Below, in pieces: positions 49,753-61,072 of a stretch of DNA of 64,000 nt. The DNA is from Cyanobacteriota bacterium (lineage in GTDB: Bacteria; Cyanobacteriota; Cyanobacteriia; Cyanobacteriales; Nostocaceae), in the NCBI GenBank assembly GCA_046045965.1, contig JBJOKS010000001.1, positions 128,001 through 192,000 on the forward strand, read 5' to 3'. A program made the position numbers and the translations under genes. The notes beneath the pieces are model-generated. The model made no database searches and was not told where the DNA came from. It saw only the letters and a program-made list of their open reading frames with translations. Numbering within the stretch: the stretch's first letter is position 1; the number at the start of each line of letters is the position of its first letter.

Positions 49753-50901
49753 ATGGACAATAAGTTAATGTTGATGATTCCTGGACCTACACCAGTTCCA
49801 GAAGCGGCCTTGCTGGCATTGGCCAAACACCCCATCGGACACCGTTCAGGTGAATTTAGCAGTATGATGGGGGAGGTGACAGAAAACCTGAAATGGCTGC
49901 ACCAAACCCAAAGTGATGTGCTAATGCTGAATGTTAGCGGTACTGGTGCGGTAGAAGCAGGGATAATTAATTTTCTTTCCCCAGGCGATCGCATTTTAGT
50001 GGGTAATAATGGTAAATTCGGTGAACGTTGGGTAGAAGTCGGTCAAGCTTTTGGTTTAAATGTGGAAGCTGTCACCGCAGAATGGGGACAACCTTTGGAC
50101 CCTGCTAAATTTGGGGAAATATTACAAGCTGACACCAACAAAGAAATTAAAGCTGTCGTTATCACCCACAGCGAAACTTCCACAGGTGTAATTAATGATT
50201 TGGTAGCTATTAACAGTCATGTAAAAGCACATGGACAGGCTTTAATTATTGTTGATGCTGTCACCAGCTTGGGTGCTTATAATGTTGCTGTCGATGCTTT
50301 GGGTTTGGATGTCGTTGCGTCCGGTTCTCAAAAAGGCTACATGATACCCCCCGGTTTAGGGTTTGTGTCTGTGAGTCCTAAAGCTTGGGAAGCTTACAAA
50401 ACTGCGAAATTACCAAAATATTATTTAGATTTAGGTAAATATCGCAAAGCAACTGCTAAAAATACCACTCCTTTCACTCCCCCAGTTAACTTAATTGTGG
50501 CATTACACACCACCTTGGGGATGATGAAAAAAGAGGGTTTAGAGTCAATTTTTGCTCGTCATGAACGCCAAAAAAATGCGACTCGTGCGGCGATGAAGGC
50601 TTTAAATTTACCGTTGTTTGCAGCTGATGAATGCGCTAGTCCGGCTATTACCGCTGTCTCAGTACCAGGAATGGAAGCGGATAAAATTCGCTCATTGATG
50701 AAAAAACGGTTTGATATTGCTTTAGCTGGTGGACAAGACCATCTGAGTAATAAAATTTTCCGTATTGGACATTTGGGATTTGTGAGCGATCGCGATATTC
50801 TTAGCTGTATAGCATCATTGGAAATTGTGCTTTCAGAACTCGGTTATGAAAACTTTACTCCCGGTGCTGGTATAGCCGCAGCAGGGAAAGTTTTTGGATA
50901 A
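49753..50901 (+). CDS. Class V PLP aminotransferase (alanine-glyoxylate/serine-pyruvate type)
   Basis: MIPGPT, HSETSTG, VDAVTS, GSQKG and RIGHLG motifs. Confidence 0.93.
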   Translation: MDNKLMLMIPGPTPVPEAALLALAKHPIGHRSGEFSSMMGEVTENLKWLHQTQSDVLMLNVSGTGAVEAGIINFLSPGDRILVGNNGKFGERWVEVGQAFGLNVEAVTAEWGQPLDPAKFGEILQADTNKEIKAVVITHSETSTGVINDLVAINSHVKAHGQALIIVDAVTSLGAYNVAVDALGLDVVASGSQKGYMIPPGLGFVSVSPKAWEAYKTAKLPKYYLDLGKYRKATAKNTTPFTPPVNLIVALHTTLGMMKKEGLESIFARHERQKNATRAAMKALNLPLFAADECASPAITAVSVPGMEADKIRSLMKKRFDIALAGGQDHLSNKIFRIGHLGFVSDRDILSCIASLEIVLSELGYENFTPGAGIAAAGKVFG

Positions 50902-50959
50902 GGTAGGTGACTCTTTACTGGGGACTGGTGACTGGGGAGAATATATATTACTTTCTTTA

Positions 50960-51024
<65 letters not shown>

Positions 51025-51043
51025 CCTCCTGCCTCCTGACATT

Positions 51044-51077
51044 AAAAAGGCGAGTTGTTTGAACAGCTCGCCTTTTT
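51044..51077. terminator. Bidirectional intrinsic terminator
   Basis: AAAAAGGCGAGTTGTT-TG-AACAGCTCGCCTTTTT. Confidence 0.8.
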
Positions 51078-51276
51078 ATTTTGGATATCAATGAGTAAAA
51101 ACTGTCTGAGTTAATCTTTCTATCTATCAAACTTTGCACAGGGCAGAGTTGAATTGACATACCTCAATTCTCCTGAAGTAGCTCAACCGTTTCACATTGA
51201 ATTTGTATACAGTTAGCCCACAGAATATTTACCAGAATATTACCAGCAATAAATTTTCTGGGTTTACATTGCTTAC

Positions 51277-51468
51277 CTATGCAGTTTCCAACCAATCATA
51301 AATTTGTTCTAACTGCTCTAGGGTAATCAATCCATACTGCCACAGGATCATGGTTAAAGAGCCTGTATCTTGCTCACGATGACGCAAAGCCACGGACAAA
51401 GAAGCTGCGGAAATTGCCAAATCTTCTTGGAGAAAATTAATTAAACGAGAATATCTTGATGGTGCCAT
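51277..51468 (-). CDS. DUF2949-like small protein
   Basis: FLQEDLAI...MILWQYGLITLEQL..IYDWLE; RBS AAGGAGG. Confidence 0.8.
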   Translation of the reverse strand: MAPSRYSRLINFLQEDLAISAASLSVALRHREQDTGSLTMILWQYGLITLEQLEQIYDWLETA

Positions 51469-52055
51469 TTGTATCTCACCTCCTTGGGTAGAGTGTATTA
51501 TCATATATCCTTCCTTGATTTCTCAGTGATCTAAAGCCAGTATTTGATGTGTCACTGTCCCATGATTGGATTAATTTATGAATTAACCACCAGCACAGTT
51601 GATGACAGTTGATTTTTTATTTCTCTGAGAGCAGTTTATGTTCACTTCTGCCAGAGTTTGTGACAAAACAGCAATTTTCTTACTGCTTATTTCCCCCCAT
51701 CAGAACTAGTATTAGCACTGAGTTAAATCGGCTTCATCATGTTGAGTCTTTTGTGCTGGATGTAATTGCATTTGGAGTAAAAAAGATTCCATAGCCTATA
51801 GTCCTCTATGGATGACTATTTACACTTATGTCAAAAGAAGGATTTTTCTGATTAAACTTTGAAGCCAGGATTTTAGGTATGGAAAAGCCAGGTCTGATGT
51901 CAAGAGAGCTACTGGTAAATATTAACCTCTTTTTTTTACGGAATAGTTTTCTTACCACAGTATCTTTATACAAGCTTGACAGATTCTTCACAAAGGGTCA
52001 GTTGTCAGTCTCAAAAGGCAAAAGACTGAAAGTTAATTTCCCTATCCCTTGATCA

Positions 52056-52589
52056 CTAGCTAGGTTTTAAGAATTCAATTTTTACCTTGTCACCTACTTG
52101 TAAACCTAATTCTTTAGCTCGTTTGGACCTGAGTTCAATTACTTGGTCTATTGGTACGTTCGGTCCGTAGGTGGGACAAGGTTCACTCTGACAAGGAGGT
52201 GCAGAAGTCTGAATATACTGAATTACCCCCTTGTGGAGAAATACCATATCTAGAGATACGGGTACATTCTTCATCCAGAAACTGACTGGTTGTGCTGAGG
52301 GAAATACAAACAACATTCCCCGGTCATCTGGTAAAGCTGGTCGATACATCAACCCCATCATTTGCTGTTCTGGTGTTTTTGCTACTTCTAGGTTGATTTT
52401 TGTGCCGTTGGGAAGGATAGCTTGAGCAGATATTGGCAATTTTTGACCTTTAAATGTTTGTGTTTGAATTTGAGAAGTTGATGTAGCAGCGGGTTCGGCT
52501 GTGGTTGGGGAAGAACAACCGATGAGTAATATACTCAGCAATATAGAAAACAAAGCTGGCTGACGCAACATAAGCAATTGGAAATTCAA
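52056..52589 (-). CDS. DUF192 family lipoprotein
   Basis: GLMYR..LPDDRGMLFVF and FWMKN..SLDMVF motifs. Confidence 0.9.
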   Translation of the reverse strand: MNFQLLMLRQPALFSILLSILLIGCSSPTTAEPAATSTSQIQTQTFKGQKLPISAQAILPNGTKINLEVAKTPEQQMMGLMYRPALPDDRGMLFVFPSAQPVSFWMKNVPVSLDMVFLHKGVIQYIQTSAPPCQSEPCPTYGPNVPIDQVIELRSKRAKELGLQVGDKVKIEFLKPS

Positions 52590-52851
52590 GGTTTTTTGAA
52601 TTTAGATTTCGATTTTACAGAAATTTCCATAAAATAGCCCGTTATTTGCAATTATTTTTCGGACATTAAAATTTATATAGGGCTTAAGTAGGTAGGAGGC
52701 AGGAGGCAGAAGGCAGGGGGCAGGAGGCAGGAGGGAATTTAAAAATTTCTTTTCCGTTTCTCCAACTCAACAAAAGTGTAAGGTTTTTGAGACTCTAGAG
52801 GGTATATCGAAAGCACCTACTTTCCTGTGTGTCAGCCTAAAACCTTTGATT

Positions 52852-52964
52852 TATAGCAATCCTATTTGATTTATGAATGGAGTTTTTAAAACGAACCGCT
52901 CCAGACGCAGAGAGCGCAGAGGTAGAGAAAAAGAGGTGTTCATATCTTATTTAGGATTGCTATA
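52852..52964. mobile_element. MITE with ~26-bp TIRs, nested in a larger degenerate element (~52678-52995)
   Basis: TATAGCAATCCTATTTGATTTATGAA / TTCATATCTTATTTAGGATTGCTATA; outer ends TAGGGCTT...AAGCCCTA. Confidence 0.75.
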
Positions 52965-53027
52965 TCTGGGTCTTATCTTTTTTCAGCAAGCCCTAGATAA
53001 ACTATTTTTAGCTGCTTCTAATTCTGG

Positions 53028-53068
<41 letters not shown>

Positions 53069-53069
53069 A

Positions 53070-54851
53070 CTAAAAAGGTCTATATTCAACAGAGAAGTAA
53101 AGACCATTTTCTTGTAAAGTATTTCCGGTTCTATCGACGTTAACTAAGGGAATACCCCAGTCAAATCGGGCGTTAAAATTTTGACCTACTAATAAACGCA
53201 AACCTACACCCACTGAAGATAAGGTTTGCTGTTCAATATCTACATCAGAACTAGAGTGATTCCAAACAGTACCAAAATCAAAAAAGGGACTTAATTCTAA
53301 GGTGGTTTGCCATTTAGGAATGCGAAGAATTGCAGTCCGAACTTCTGCGGAAGCAAATAGGCCATTATCGGCTAATAAAGAATCCTGTCGATAACCGCGT
53401 ACACTTTGTTGACCACCGGCGCTAAATTGTTCTAGTGCGAGTAAGGGGCGATCGCTCAGTTGAATATCTGACCTTAATAATAATGTTGTATCTGGAGTTA
53501 ATAGACGTAAATATTGAGCTTGTCCACGCCATGCCAAAAATTGACTATCAGGCTCTGTATCATTATTTGTGGCGTTAAAAGTATTAATTCCTAAGCTCAA
53601 TTGCGATCGCAATGCAAAAACCTGTTGACTATCTCGCTGTGTATATTCCTGAAAAAAGCGGAGTGCAGAAATTCTTACTTCTCCTTGATCATTTGCACCT
53701 GGAGATAAGGGAAAACCTTCACCTAAGAGTGTGGTTTCTGATTCTTGTCTTGAACCTGTTAAACCCAATATAAATTCTTTGGTGGGGCTTTGGTAAAGGG
53801 GTTGACGGTAGGTAAGTTGATAGTTGCGGGATGCAGATTGAATATCTAAGACGTTAAAAGGATCTTCAATAATGTTGGTTCGGGTGCGACTGTAGCTAAA
53901 GCCGATAGTACCGTTGTGAGGGTTAATGGGGAAAGTGTAGCTGAGATTATCAAGGGAGTTGCTACCGTCAGTATTGATATAACCGACTTGAAAGCGATCG
54001 CCAAATCCGAAAAAATTATTGTGATTAATTTGCAATTGACGACGTACACTACCAACACTGGGCGATCGCTGATTATCAATACTGATCTGCGTTGAAAAAG
54101 CGTCAGCTTCTCGTACTTTAATGTCTAATACGCTTACTCCAGCACTAGACCCGGCGGCTAATTCTGCTGATAAATTAGCAATGAGCGGATCAAGTTGTAA
54201 CATTTGCAAAGCCTGAAGCAAGCGATTTTGATCCAAAGGTGCTTTTGTTGCTAATGCTAGTCTACTGCGAACATAACCAGGACGCAATCTGTTTAACCCG
54301 GAAATATTAATTGCTTCTACTTTACCTTCAATTACTGCAATTTTAACTACTCCATCTTTTAATTCTTGGATAGGAATAAAAGCTCCAGAAGTGATATAAC
54401 CACGCTCTATATATAATTCATTAATAGCTTCCTTAGCTTTCAATAATTCAGCAAAAGAAATAGGGGTATTTGTAAACTCTTTAAGTTTATTTGCCAGTTC
54501 TTCTTGACTGAAAACCGTACTCCCAATGATTTCAAACTTTGTCACTGTAATTGTTCCAGGAATATCTCCTATTGATGGTTGGGGAGTCGTTGGAGTTGTC
54601 TCTGGTTTGGGAAGTAATTCTTCTAGGGGTGGTAAGGGTGTTTCTGGTAGAGGTTCGAGATTAGGTAATACTGGCGGTTGTATTTCTGTTTCCCTAAATT
54701 GCTCAGGTGTTTGTGTTACAGTTTGGCTAATTATTTGAGCGTTGACTGGTAATACAAAACTGGGAAGAAAAAATTTCCCAGCAAAAATCAAAAGATAAAG
54801 TATGGATTTTTTAAACTTTTTATTTTTAATTACCATGAGTTGATTTTTCAC
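53070..54851 (-). CDS. ShlB/FhaC (TpsB, Omp85 superfamily) transporter
   Basis: POTRA region (YIERGYITS), VRGY motif, C-terminal Phe. Confidence 0.92.
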   Translation of the reverse strand: MKNQLMVIKNKKFKKSILYLLIFAGKFFLPSFVLPVNAQIISQTVTQTPEQFRETEIQPPVLPNLEPLPETPLPPLEELLPKPETTPTTPQPSIGDIPGTITVTKFEIIGSTVFSQEELANKLKEFTNTPISFAELLKAKEAINELYIERGYITSGAFIPIQELKDGVVKIAVIEGKVEAINISGLNRLRPGYVRSRLALATKAPLDQNRLLQALQMLQLDPLIANLSAELAAGSSAGVSVLDIKVREADAFSTQISIDNQRSPSVGSVRRQLQINHNNFFGFGDRFQVGYINTDGSNSLDNLSYTFPINPHNGTIGFSYSRTRTNIIEDPFNVLDIQSASRNYQLTYRQPLYQSPTKEFILGLTGSRQESETTLLGEGFPLSPGANDQGEVRISALRFFQEYTQRDSQQVFALRSQLSLGINTFNATNNDTEPDSQFLAWRGQAQYLRLLTPDTTLLLRSDIQLSDRPLLALEQFSAGGQQSVRGYRQDSLLADNGLFASAEVRTAILRIPKWQTTLELSPFFDFGTVWNHSSSDVDIEQQTLSSVGVGLRLLVGQNFNARFDWGIPLVNVDRTGNTLQENGLYFSVEYRPF

Positions 54852-55374
54852 TTTTCCTCACACACTTTAATTTTAAACTAATGACTTAACAATTAAATAT
54901 TGAAGACTGTTGACAACGGAGATTTAAACACTACTGTAGTCAAATACCCTAGTGTAAGGTATTAGACCTTTTTCTTCCTGATCATTATGCTTTGCGTGTC
55001 TTTTTAGAAAATTGTTACTTTAATCATAGCAGTAAATGTAATTAGGTGATAGCTTGCTTGATTAGTATTTGACTCTAATTCATCAACAACCTCACAAAGA
55101 CAGCCTATATAGTCCCATAGTTTTGGCCTGCGGGTGATGGGATTATGGATAAGTAGAAAAAATTTTGATCTAGTTATAACTGCTGCATAATATCAGCTAT
55201 CAATAATATTGTTTTATAATTATTTAGTAATACATACTGCTAATTCTTCTATGTCAGCAAACACTATAACAATAAGGTATTTAAGGATACCTAAGTTGCT
55301 GTTACCAGTTGGAAAAAACAGGATGAAAAAATATAAAACTGGAAAACCAACTGCTATTCCTCTATCCTCTATAT

Positions 55375-55995
55375 TTATTGATCAATTTGCTCAGGTTTGG
55401 CGAAAATTGTGAGTAATACTGGACCTAATAAATAATAATGCCCTAAACATAAAAGTCCTGCATTAGACCCTAGTTTTTCACGTTGTTCTTGATGATAAAA
55501 TTTAACACTTGCTGGAGAATTTGCCATCAATTGAGATGCTAAATTATTAGCAGTTATATCAACCAAATAAAAGCGTCCACCGGCAGCAAGTACCCGCGCA
55601 ACTTCACTTAACACTCTTTCTGGTTGAGAATAATGTAAGAAACTGATAGTGTTAAAAACAGCATCAAATTGACCTTCAGCAAAAGGAAGTAATTCCGCAT
55701 TACCTTCAAGATAAATTAAGCGGGGACGGTGCTGATTACTTTGTCTAGCAACCCGCAACATTTGGGGAGATAAATCTAATCCTGTACCACGTAAATTAGG
55801 AAATTGACTTGCTAATCTATTGAGTAAGCGTCCAGTTCCACAACCTAAGTCAAGTACATTGGCATTTGCTGGAAGTTCAATTTTGGAAATTAATCTTTTA
55901 TGGATAGCTTGGTAAATAAAAGAAGGAAATGTCCAATCGTAACTTGGGGCCCAACGATCAAAGAGTTGTTTTTTATTATTGATAAATTTACTCAT
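55375..55995 (-). CDS. Class I SAM-dependent methyltransferase
   Basis: VLDLGCGTG and LPF..QFDAV motifs. Confidence 0.92.
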   Translation of the reverse strand: MSKFINNKKQLFDRWAPSYDWTFPSFIYQAIHKRLISKIELPANANVLDLGCGTGRLLNRLASQFPNLRGTGLDLSPQMLRVARQSNQHRPRLIYLEGNAELLPFAEGQFDAVFNTISFLHYSQPERVLSEVARVLAAGGRFYLVDITANNLASQLMANSPASVKFYHQEQREKLGSNAGLLCLGHYYLLGPVLLTIFAKPEQIDQ

Positions 55996-56125
55996 AGGTG
56001 ACTGCTTGGCATAGCTATATTTACTTCTATTGTAATTTTAATTGGCATAATTAGGGGTATAATCAGGGGGAAATTTAAAATACCAGACTTCTCAAAAAAA
56101 GTCGGGTATCTTGTTACGCTAGTGA

Positions 56126-56725
56126 TCACAAAGTGGCTAAGAGTTCTTGTAATCTTTCCCTTCCGTCTCGAAATACAGACCAACCATCTCCGACTAAAAC
56201 TGCTTGTACTTTTGTTAATTCTGCTAATCTGCGAACTGAAGCAATAGCTTGTTCTCGATGTAGTAACTTGTTGTCTGCTAGGATGGTTAAGGTGTCGGCT
56301 GAAGGCGATCGCACTAAATCACCAATGATTAAAGTTGTTTCCTCTAATAACAAAGCTATTTCACCGGGAGTTTTTGAACCTTGCAGTTCCATCACTTTTA
56401 GTCCTGGGACTAATTCTTCACCATCACTCAACCAGCGATCGCACACTATTGGGAAATTTTCCTTCTCAGCTACAGGTCCGGCAATTTTTGAGTATGTTTG
56501 ATTAGCAATCTCCTTAGCTGCTCGTAGATGATCCGAGTTTGTCAGGACAATCCAAACCACACCACCGAGAGATTCTAGATGATTCCAGTCATGGTTTGAT
56601 AAAGCTACTGGATCAATTAAGATATTACCCTCTGGACGAATCCAGGCGAACCCATTGAAATCAATATTTCTTGTCGGGTTAAAACAAGACCAGGTATATA
56701 AATCGGGACGGTGCAGAGATTTCAT
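56126..56725 (-). CDS. Metallo-beta-lactamase fold protein (degenerate metal site)
   Basis: ILIDP, LTNSDH, GSKTPGE and LVGDG motifs. Confidence 0.8.
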   Translation of the reverse strand: MKSLHRPDLYTWSCFNPTRNIDFNGFAWIRPEGNILIDPVALSNHDWNHLESLGGVVWIVLTNSDHLRAAKEIANQTYSKIAGPVAEKENFPIVCDRWLSDGEELVPGLKVMELQGSKTPGEIALLLEETTLIIGDLVRSPSADTLTILADNKLLHREQAIASVRRLAELTKVQAVLVGDGWSVFRDGRERLQELLATL

Positions 56726-57623
56726 GATGATTCTGGCTTGTGAACCTGCGATAGTGTGTGTTTATGACATCAGTATCAATAATCTATCATTCATATTCAC
56801 TTAGTTGCGAAAATTTTGCAATTTCCCTTATCTTAACCATTGGGAATTGAGCATGAGCTGGCTAAATACTGAACATTTTTATAACATCTATGTTTGAGAG
56901 TTTACTGATAGGAAATAAGTAAGTCGGTGGGAAAAAACCGAAGTATGTAACAAAAAGTAAATTCACCAAAACCCTCTTCCCTGTTAAGAGTTCCCTCTGT
57001 ACACAGATAATTTCAAAAATCAAATACCAGTCCTATATTTCTACATTTTTAGGGGTCAAGCACATTGCTAAATCCTTGTTTATTTGGCTCTTCAGTACCT
57101 AATATGCTAAATTGTTCTGATAAAATCTGAAAAGGCTTACCGTATAAGGGAAATAATGTTGGTTATTGAAGAAAATGGCTGAAAATGTCTAAATATTCCC
57201 TCTTAATCTCTGTTCCCTGTTCCCTGTTCCCTCGAACTCAGGTTAAATTAGCATAACAAGTACGGTAGAACCGTTTATTTATGCAGTGGTAAAGATGTAA
57301 TTTATGATCAAAAATCAGCCAAAAGATAGACGGCAAAAAGTAGTTAATTGAAGTTAATCAATACTGTAATCAACAAAAGATGACCTTAGTATTGAGCTAA
57401 AAATAACTCTTTATTAAGACACCGAACTTAAAATCTGAGAGTTTGGAAAATACTGCCAAAGTAGCAATAAATTCTCTGAAGTTTTTGTTAATATTCATTG
57501 TTGGAATTATCGGCTGATAAATTCAGGGTTTCAAGCATTATTTACCCTGGAAAAAGTGGGAATTAATTTTGTATGAGTCCAATTCAGGACTAGAAATACA
57601 CATCAAAAAAACAGGAGTATTTT

Positions 57624-57989
57624 ATGATGATGATGATGATGACTGAATCTATGACTACCGAAATGCAAACTTGCATGAATGCTTGCATGGAATGTCATAA
57701 AATTTGCTTGGAAACCATGACTTACTGCATGAGTAAAGGCGGTAGGTACATGGATATGGGGATGATGAGCATCATGCGTGACTGCTCAGAAATGTGCATG
57801 ATGTGTACGAATATGATGATGAGTGGTTCCGAGTTTATGGATCGTACTTGTATGTTGTGTGCGGAAATGTGCGATCGCTGTGCCGCAGCTTGTGAAACAA
57901 TCAGTGATGATAGCAAGATGCTGGATTGTGCCGCTGCTTGTCGCAGATGTGCAGAAACTTGCAGATCCATGCAAATGGTGCGTGCTTAA
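57624..57989 (+). CDS. Four-helix-bundle copper storage protein (Csp/DUF326-like), Met/Cys-rich
   Basis: Repeated CxxxCxxCxxxC motifs; RBS AGGAG; no signal peptide. Confidence 0.85.
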   Translation: MMMMMMTESMTTEMQTCMNACMECHKICLETMTYCMSKGGRYMDMGMMSIMRDCSEMCMMCTNMMMSGSEFMDRTCMLCAEMCDRCAAACETISDDSKMLDCAAACRRCAETCRSMQMVRA

Positions 57990-58146
57990 TTTGATGAACT
58001 AGCAGATTAACTAACATAACTTACTCTGCGACCTATTCAGGCGCTCAAGCTGTTTTAGTTTGGGTGCTTACTGTTTTTTAAACAGATTTTTCTGGATCTG
58101 AAAACAGAGGATGAATTAAAATGAGAATAAACAGCGAGTAGGAAAT

Positions 58147-58596
58147 ATGAGTAAAACATCAGTCAAAAATCTATACGAACAAGATTTTTCTCTTTGGGTT
58201 GAGGATACAGTCAGTAAATTAAAAGCACGAGACAATGATAATTTAGATTGGGATAATTTAATTGAAGAGGTAGAGTCTTTGGGGAAAAGTCAGCGTAAAA
58301 CTGTCAGGAGTTTTTTGGTGCGTTTATTGGAACATCTGTTAAAGCGGTGTTATGTACCAATGTCAGACTGTTATCGGGGTTGGGAAATTGAAATCAGGAA
58401 TTTTCGTCAACGTTTACAAATTGAGTTAGAAGACTCACCGAGTTTAAAAGGTTTTGTTTTAGAAATTCTTGATAAGAGTTATGAAATGGCTTTGGAAAAT
58501 GTCAGAGATGGTTATCCTGAAATTTATTTTTCTGATGTTTGTCCATTTCCCAGTGATGTAGATGCTTTGTTAACTAAGAAGTTGTGGGAAGAATAA
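58147..58596 (+). CDS. DUF29 family protein
   Basis: LYEQDFSLW, LDWDNLIEEVESLGKS and LLEHLLK motifs. Confidence 0.92.
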   Translation: MSKTSVKNLYEQDFSLWVEDTVSKLKARDNDNLDWDNLIEEVESLGKSQRKTVRSFLVRLLEHLLKRCYVPMSDCYRGWEIEIRNFRQRLQIELEDSPSLKGFVLEILDKSYEMALENVRDGYPEIYFSDVCPFPSDVDALLTKKLWEE

Positions 58597-59044
58597 TGAT
58601 TATTTGTGGTAGGGGTTTAGCATAACGCAGCTTCATTAGCATAAAATCTCTTATTTGTCAATGCCTCAATCTCTAACCCTCAAACAACAGCATCGGATTT
58701 TGGCAAAATTTGTTTCAGAAGTCCTTGATTAATTTATTAAGTTTTGTATTATTTATAGTTTGCAATTTCTGAAGTGTTTATAGATAAAGGCTTTCAAAGT
58801 TATACTCTCAACTCAATCTTACAAATAGGCACAATAATCGAAATTACAAATTTTCATAAATCATAGCAGATCGCTGAAAGTATTGCAACCTCGTTGATAA
58901 ATAGAAATAATTTTCAATTAATTATTAAGAAAATATAAAGGAGAAATTCTGAAAATTATAAATTTTTAAACTATTTGGAAGTTATCATAAGCCTTGCTTA
59001 TTAAATACCCAAGGGAGTACGCTATCAGACATTTCTATTAAACT

Positions 59045-59092
59045 AGAGGCAGAGCCTCTTAATGGCATTCCCAGCCGGAGACTGGGAACGAG
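59045..59092. repeat. Double-hairpin dispersed repeat
   Basis: GAGGC-AGA-GCCTC and TTCCCAG-CCGGAGA-CTGGGAA, directly after the cnfR stop. Confidence 0.6.
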
Positions 59093-59104
59093 AGGACGAG
59101 AAGA

Positions 59105-60694
59105 TTAAAGAATATTTAGAATCCTCCTTAATAAGGCTTGATCTTCTGGTTTAGGTTTAAGACGACCATTTTCTACATCTCGAATCCAACTTTGACTTTT
59201 ACCTGTCAGCTTTGCTAATTCCCTTTGGGAAATGTTGATACTTTTGCGGGCTTGTAAAACCTGTTCAGCTAATAAATCATCTGGGTTTTTGAGAACTCTT
59301 TTATTCCTCACATTACGCCGCTTTTTTTTCTCAGCTTCTGAACTTAACTGTTCCCATTCTGGAGGTAGTTCAAAAGATAAAATCCGGGCATTCATCAGCA
59401 TATTCCATTTACCACGGGGTCCGCTATCTGTGAGGCGATGATCACCACCACCGTCATTAATCCAAAATTCCAAAGCCTCATCTGGATCTTCGGGAATATC
59501 AACTAATTTAGCCCACAAAGGTTGGATTTCTGTTGGGTAGGTAACAGGGTCAAAAATTGCCTTGACTCCATAATGATTGAGAACTTCCAAATCATTTTCA
59601 AATGTTCGCAATAAACGTTTACGTTCATCCCGTAATCTGGAAGCTAGGTTAATTTTTTCCTCGCCATAAGCAACACGCAGTAAAGTAGGAACAGTGATGC
59701 GTTGCTCTCTACCCATTTTGGTTTTAAAAAGTAACCATAACATCAATCTTACTGCACCTTCATGTTGCTGCCAAAGACTCATAACTGTAGTTAACAGCGT
59801 TTTTGGTAGACTACCATATTGATAGAAACCAGTACGCTCTTTACAGCCTTGTTTATTTAAGAAATGCTGCGACCAAATACCGGCTTTGACTTTAAATGTC
59901 AACCCGATCAGATATTTACACCCTTGGTTATCTTCTTGAAAGTGATGCTGAATATCTGTTAAATTCCACAAACGACTTTCTTGCACAGAAAAGCCGGGAA
60001 CTTTACCCCGTTGCGGCCAGTCAATGGAAACAACAAGTGAGCAAGCTTGTTGAACGATGTTCTTGATTAAACATAGCTTGGCGATTTTATTGAGGTCTTT
60101 GCGTTTTTCTAACCCCAAGTATTTTTCAATTTGGCGTTCATCAATCGCAAATTCTTGTTCCCACGGTTGATCTAAGGCTGTAGCATGGGCAGCAAAAATC
60201 AGATGAATACAAGCAGCACGAATATCAAGATTTTCAATTGCTTGTACATTTTGAGCTAGGTTGCTAACTTGAAATGAGTCCTGGATGTGAAAAGAAATTG
60301 TACCCCGACCTTGATTAACTTGTCGGCTATAGTGTAAATTACCTTCTGCATCTGTTTCCCAATTTAATGATTTACGTTGTGCTAGTAGGTTGCAAGCTTC
60401 CCAGATAACTATAGCCGAAGCAAAGGGGTGATTTTTGCCATTAGAAAACAAATCAGGGCTGGTAGGTTCTCGCGCTTCAACTTTGCATCTGCCTTTTTTT
60501 GCTTGCCAAGGTATAGGAGACTTTGTTGGACAAGCAATTACACATTGCGGTTCTGGATAGTAACCCTCGCAATTGTTACAAAGACAAGGATCTATCCAAT
60601 ATTCGTTATTTTCGATTTTGATTGCACCCGTAGGACATTGGGGGCGGCAGTTATTACATCCATCGCAATTTTTGTTAGGAATTGTATAAGGCAT
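59105..60694 (-). CDS. cnfR: Nitrogen-fixation master regulator CnfR/PatB
   Basis: N-terminal 2x[4Fe-4S] motifs (CDGCNNCRPQCP, CNNCEG..QCVIACP) and C-terminal Xre HTH; 529 aa from MPYTIP. Confidence 0.92.
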   Translation of the reverse strand: MPYTIPNKNCDGCNNCRPQCPTGAIKIENNEYWIDPCLCNNCEGYYPEPQCVIACPTKSPIPWQAKKGRCKVEAREPTSPDLFSNGKNHPFASAIVIWEACNLLAQRKSLNWETDAEGNLHYSRQVNQGRGTISFHIQDSFQVSNLAQNVQAIENLDIRAACIHLIFAAHATALDQPWEQEFAIDERQIEKYLGLEKRKDLNKIAKLCLIKNIVQQACSLVVSIDWPQRGKVPGFSVQESRLWNLTDIQHHFQEDNQGCKYLIGLTFKVKAGIWSQHFLNKQGCKERTGFYQYGSLPKTLLTTVMSLWQQHEGAVRLMLWLLFKTKMGREQRITVPTLLRVAYGEEKINLASRLRDERKRLLRTFENDLEVLNHYGVKAIFDPVTYPTEIQPLWAKLVDIPEDPDEALEFWINDGGGDHRLTDSGPRGKWNMLMNARILSFELPPEWEQLSSEAEKKKRRNVRNKRVLKNPDDLLAEQVLQARKSINISQRELAKLTGKSQSWIRDVENGRLKPKPEDQALLRRILNIL

Positions 60695-61072
60695 AAGGCT
60701 TTTTCCTACTCCAATTGCTGAGATGTTTGGCTCAAGTCTCCCCTCCATGTCTCTTCTTGATTCATAACTTGCTACCAAATTATCTCCATGACCAGAAAAG
60801 TGATTCTCGCCTCACTAATTACTGACATCCAAGGATGTTATTTTGTATCCAATGGGAAGCTATTTAAGTCCTTGAAACTCAGGCTTCATTGCTTCTTCAT
60901 TAACTATACATTTCATAAAGATTTCAATAAGAGTGTTCATCATGAGCTTGGGATGATTTCTTAATCTTTGCCTAAATTTTTAGGCTCGTTATCGCTTATT
61001 TTTGACATCAAAATATCAGCAAATTGTTTTTGATTAACATCTTGAATTATTCGGAGTAGGGGAAATTTAACT

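Noticed and set aside
56915..57245. Complete mobile element in the long intergenic region
   Set aside because: Only unpaired MITE-like ends and STRR fragments are visible; no matching TIR pair or TSD could be defined.
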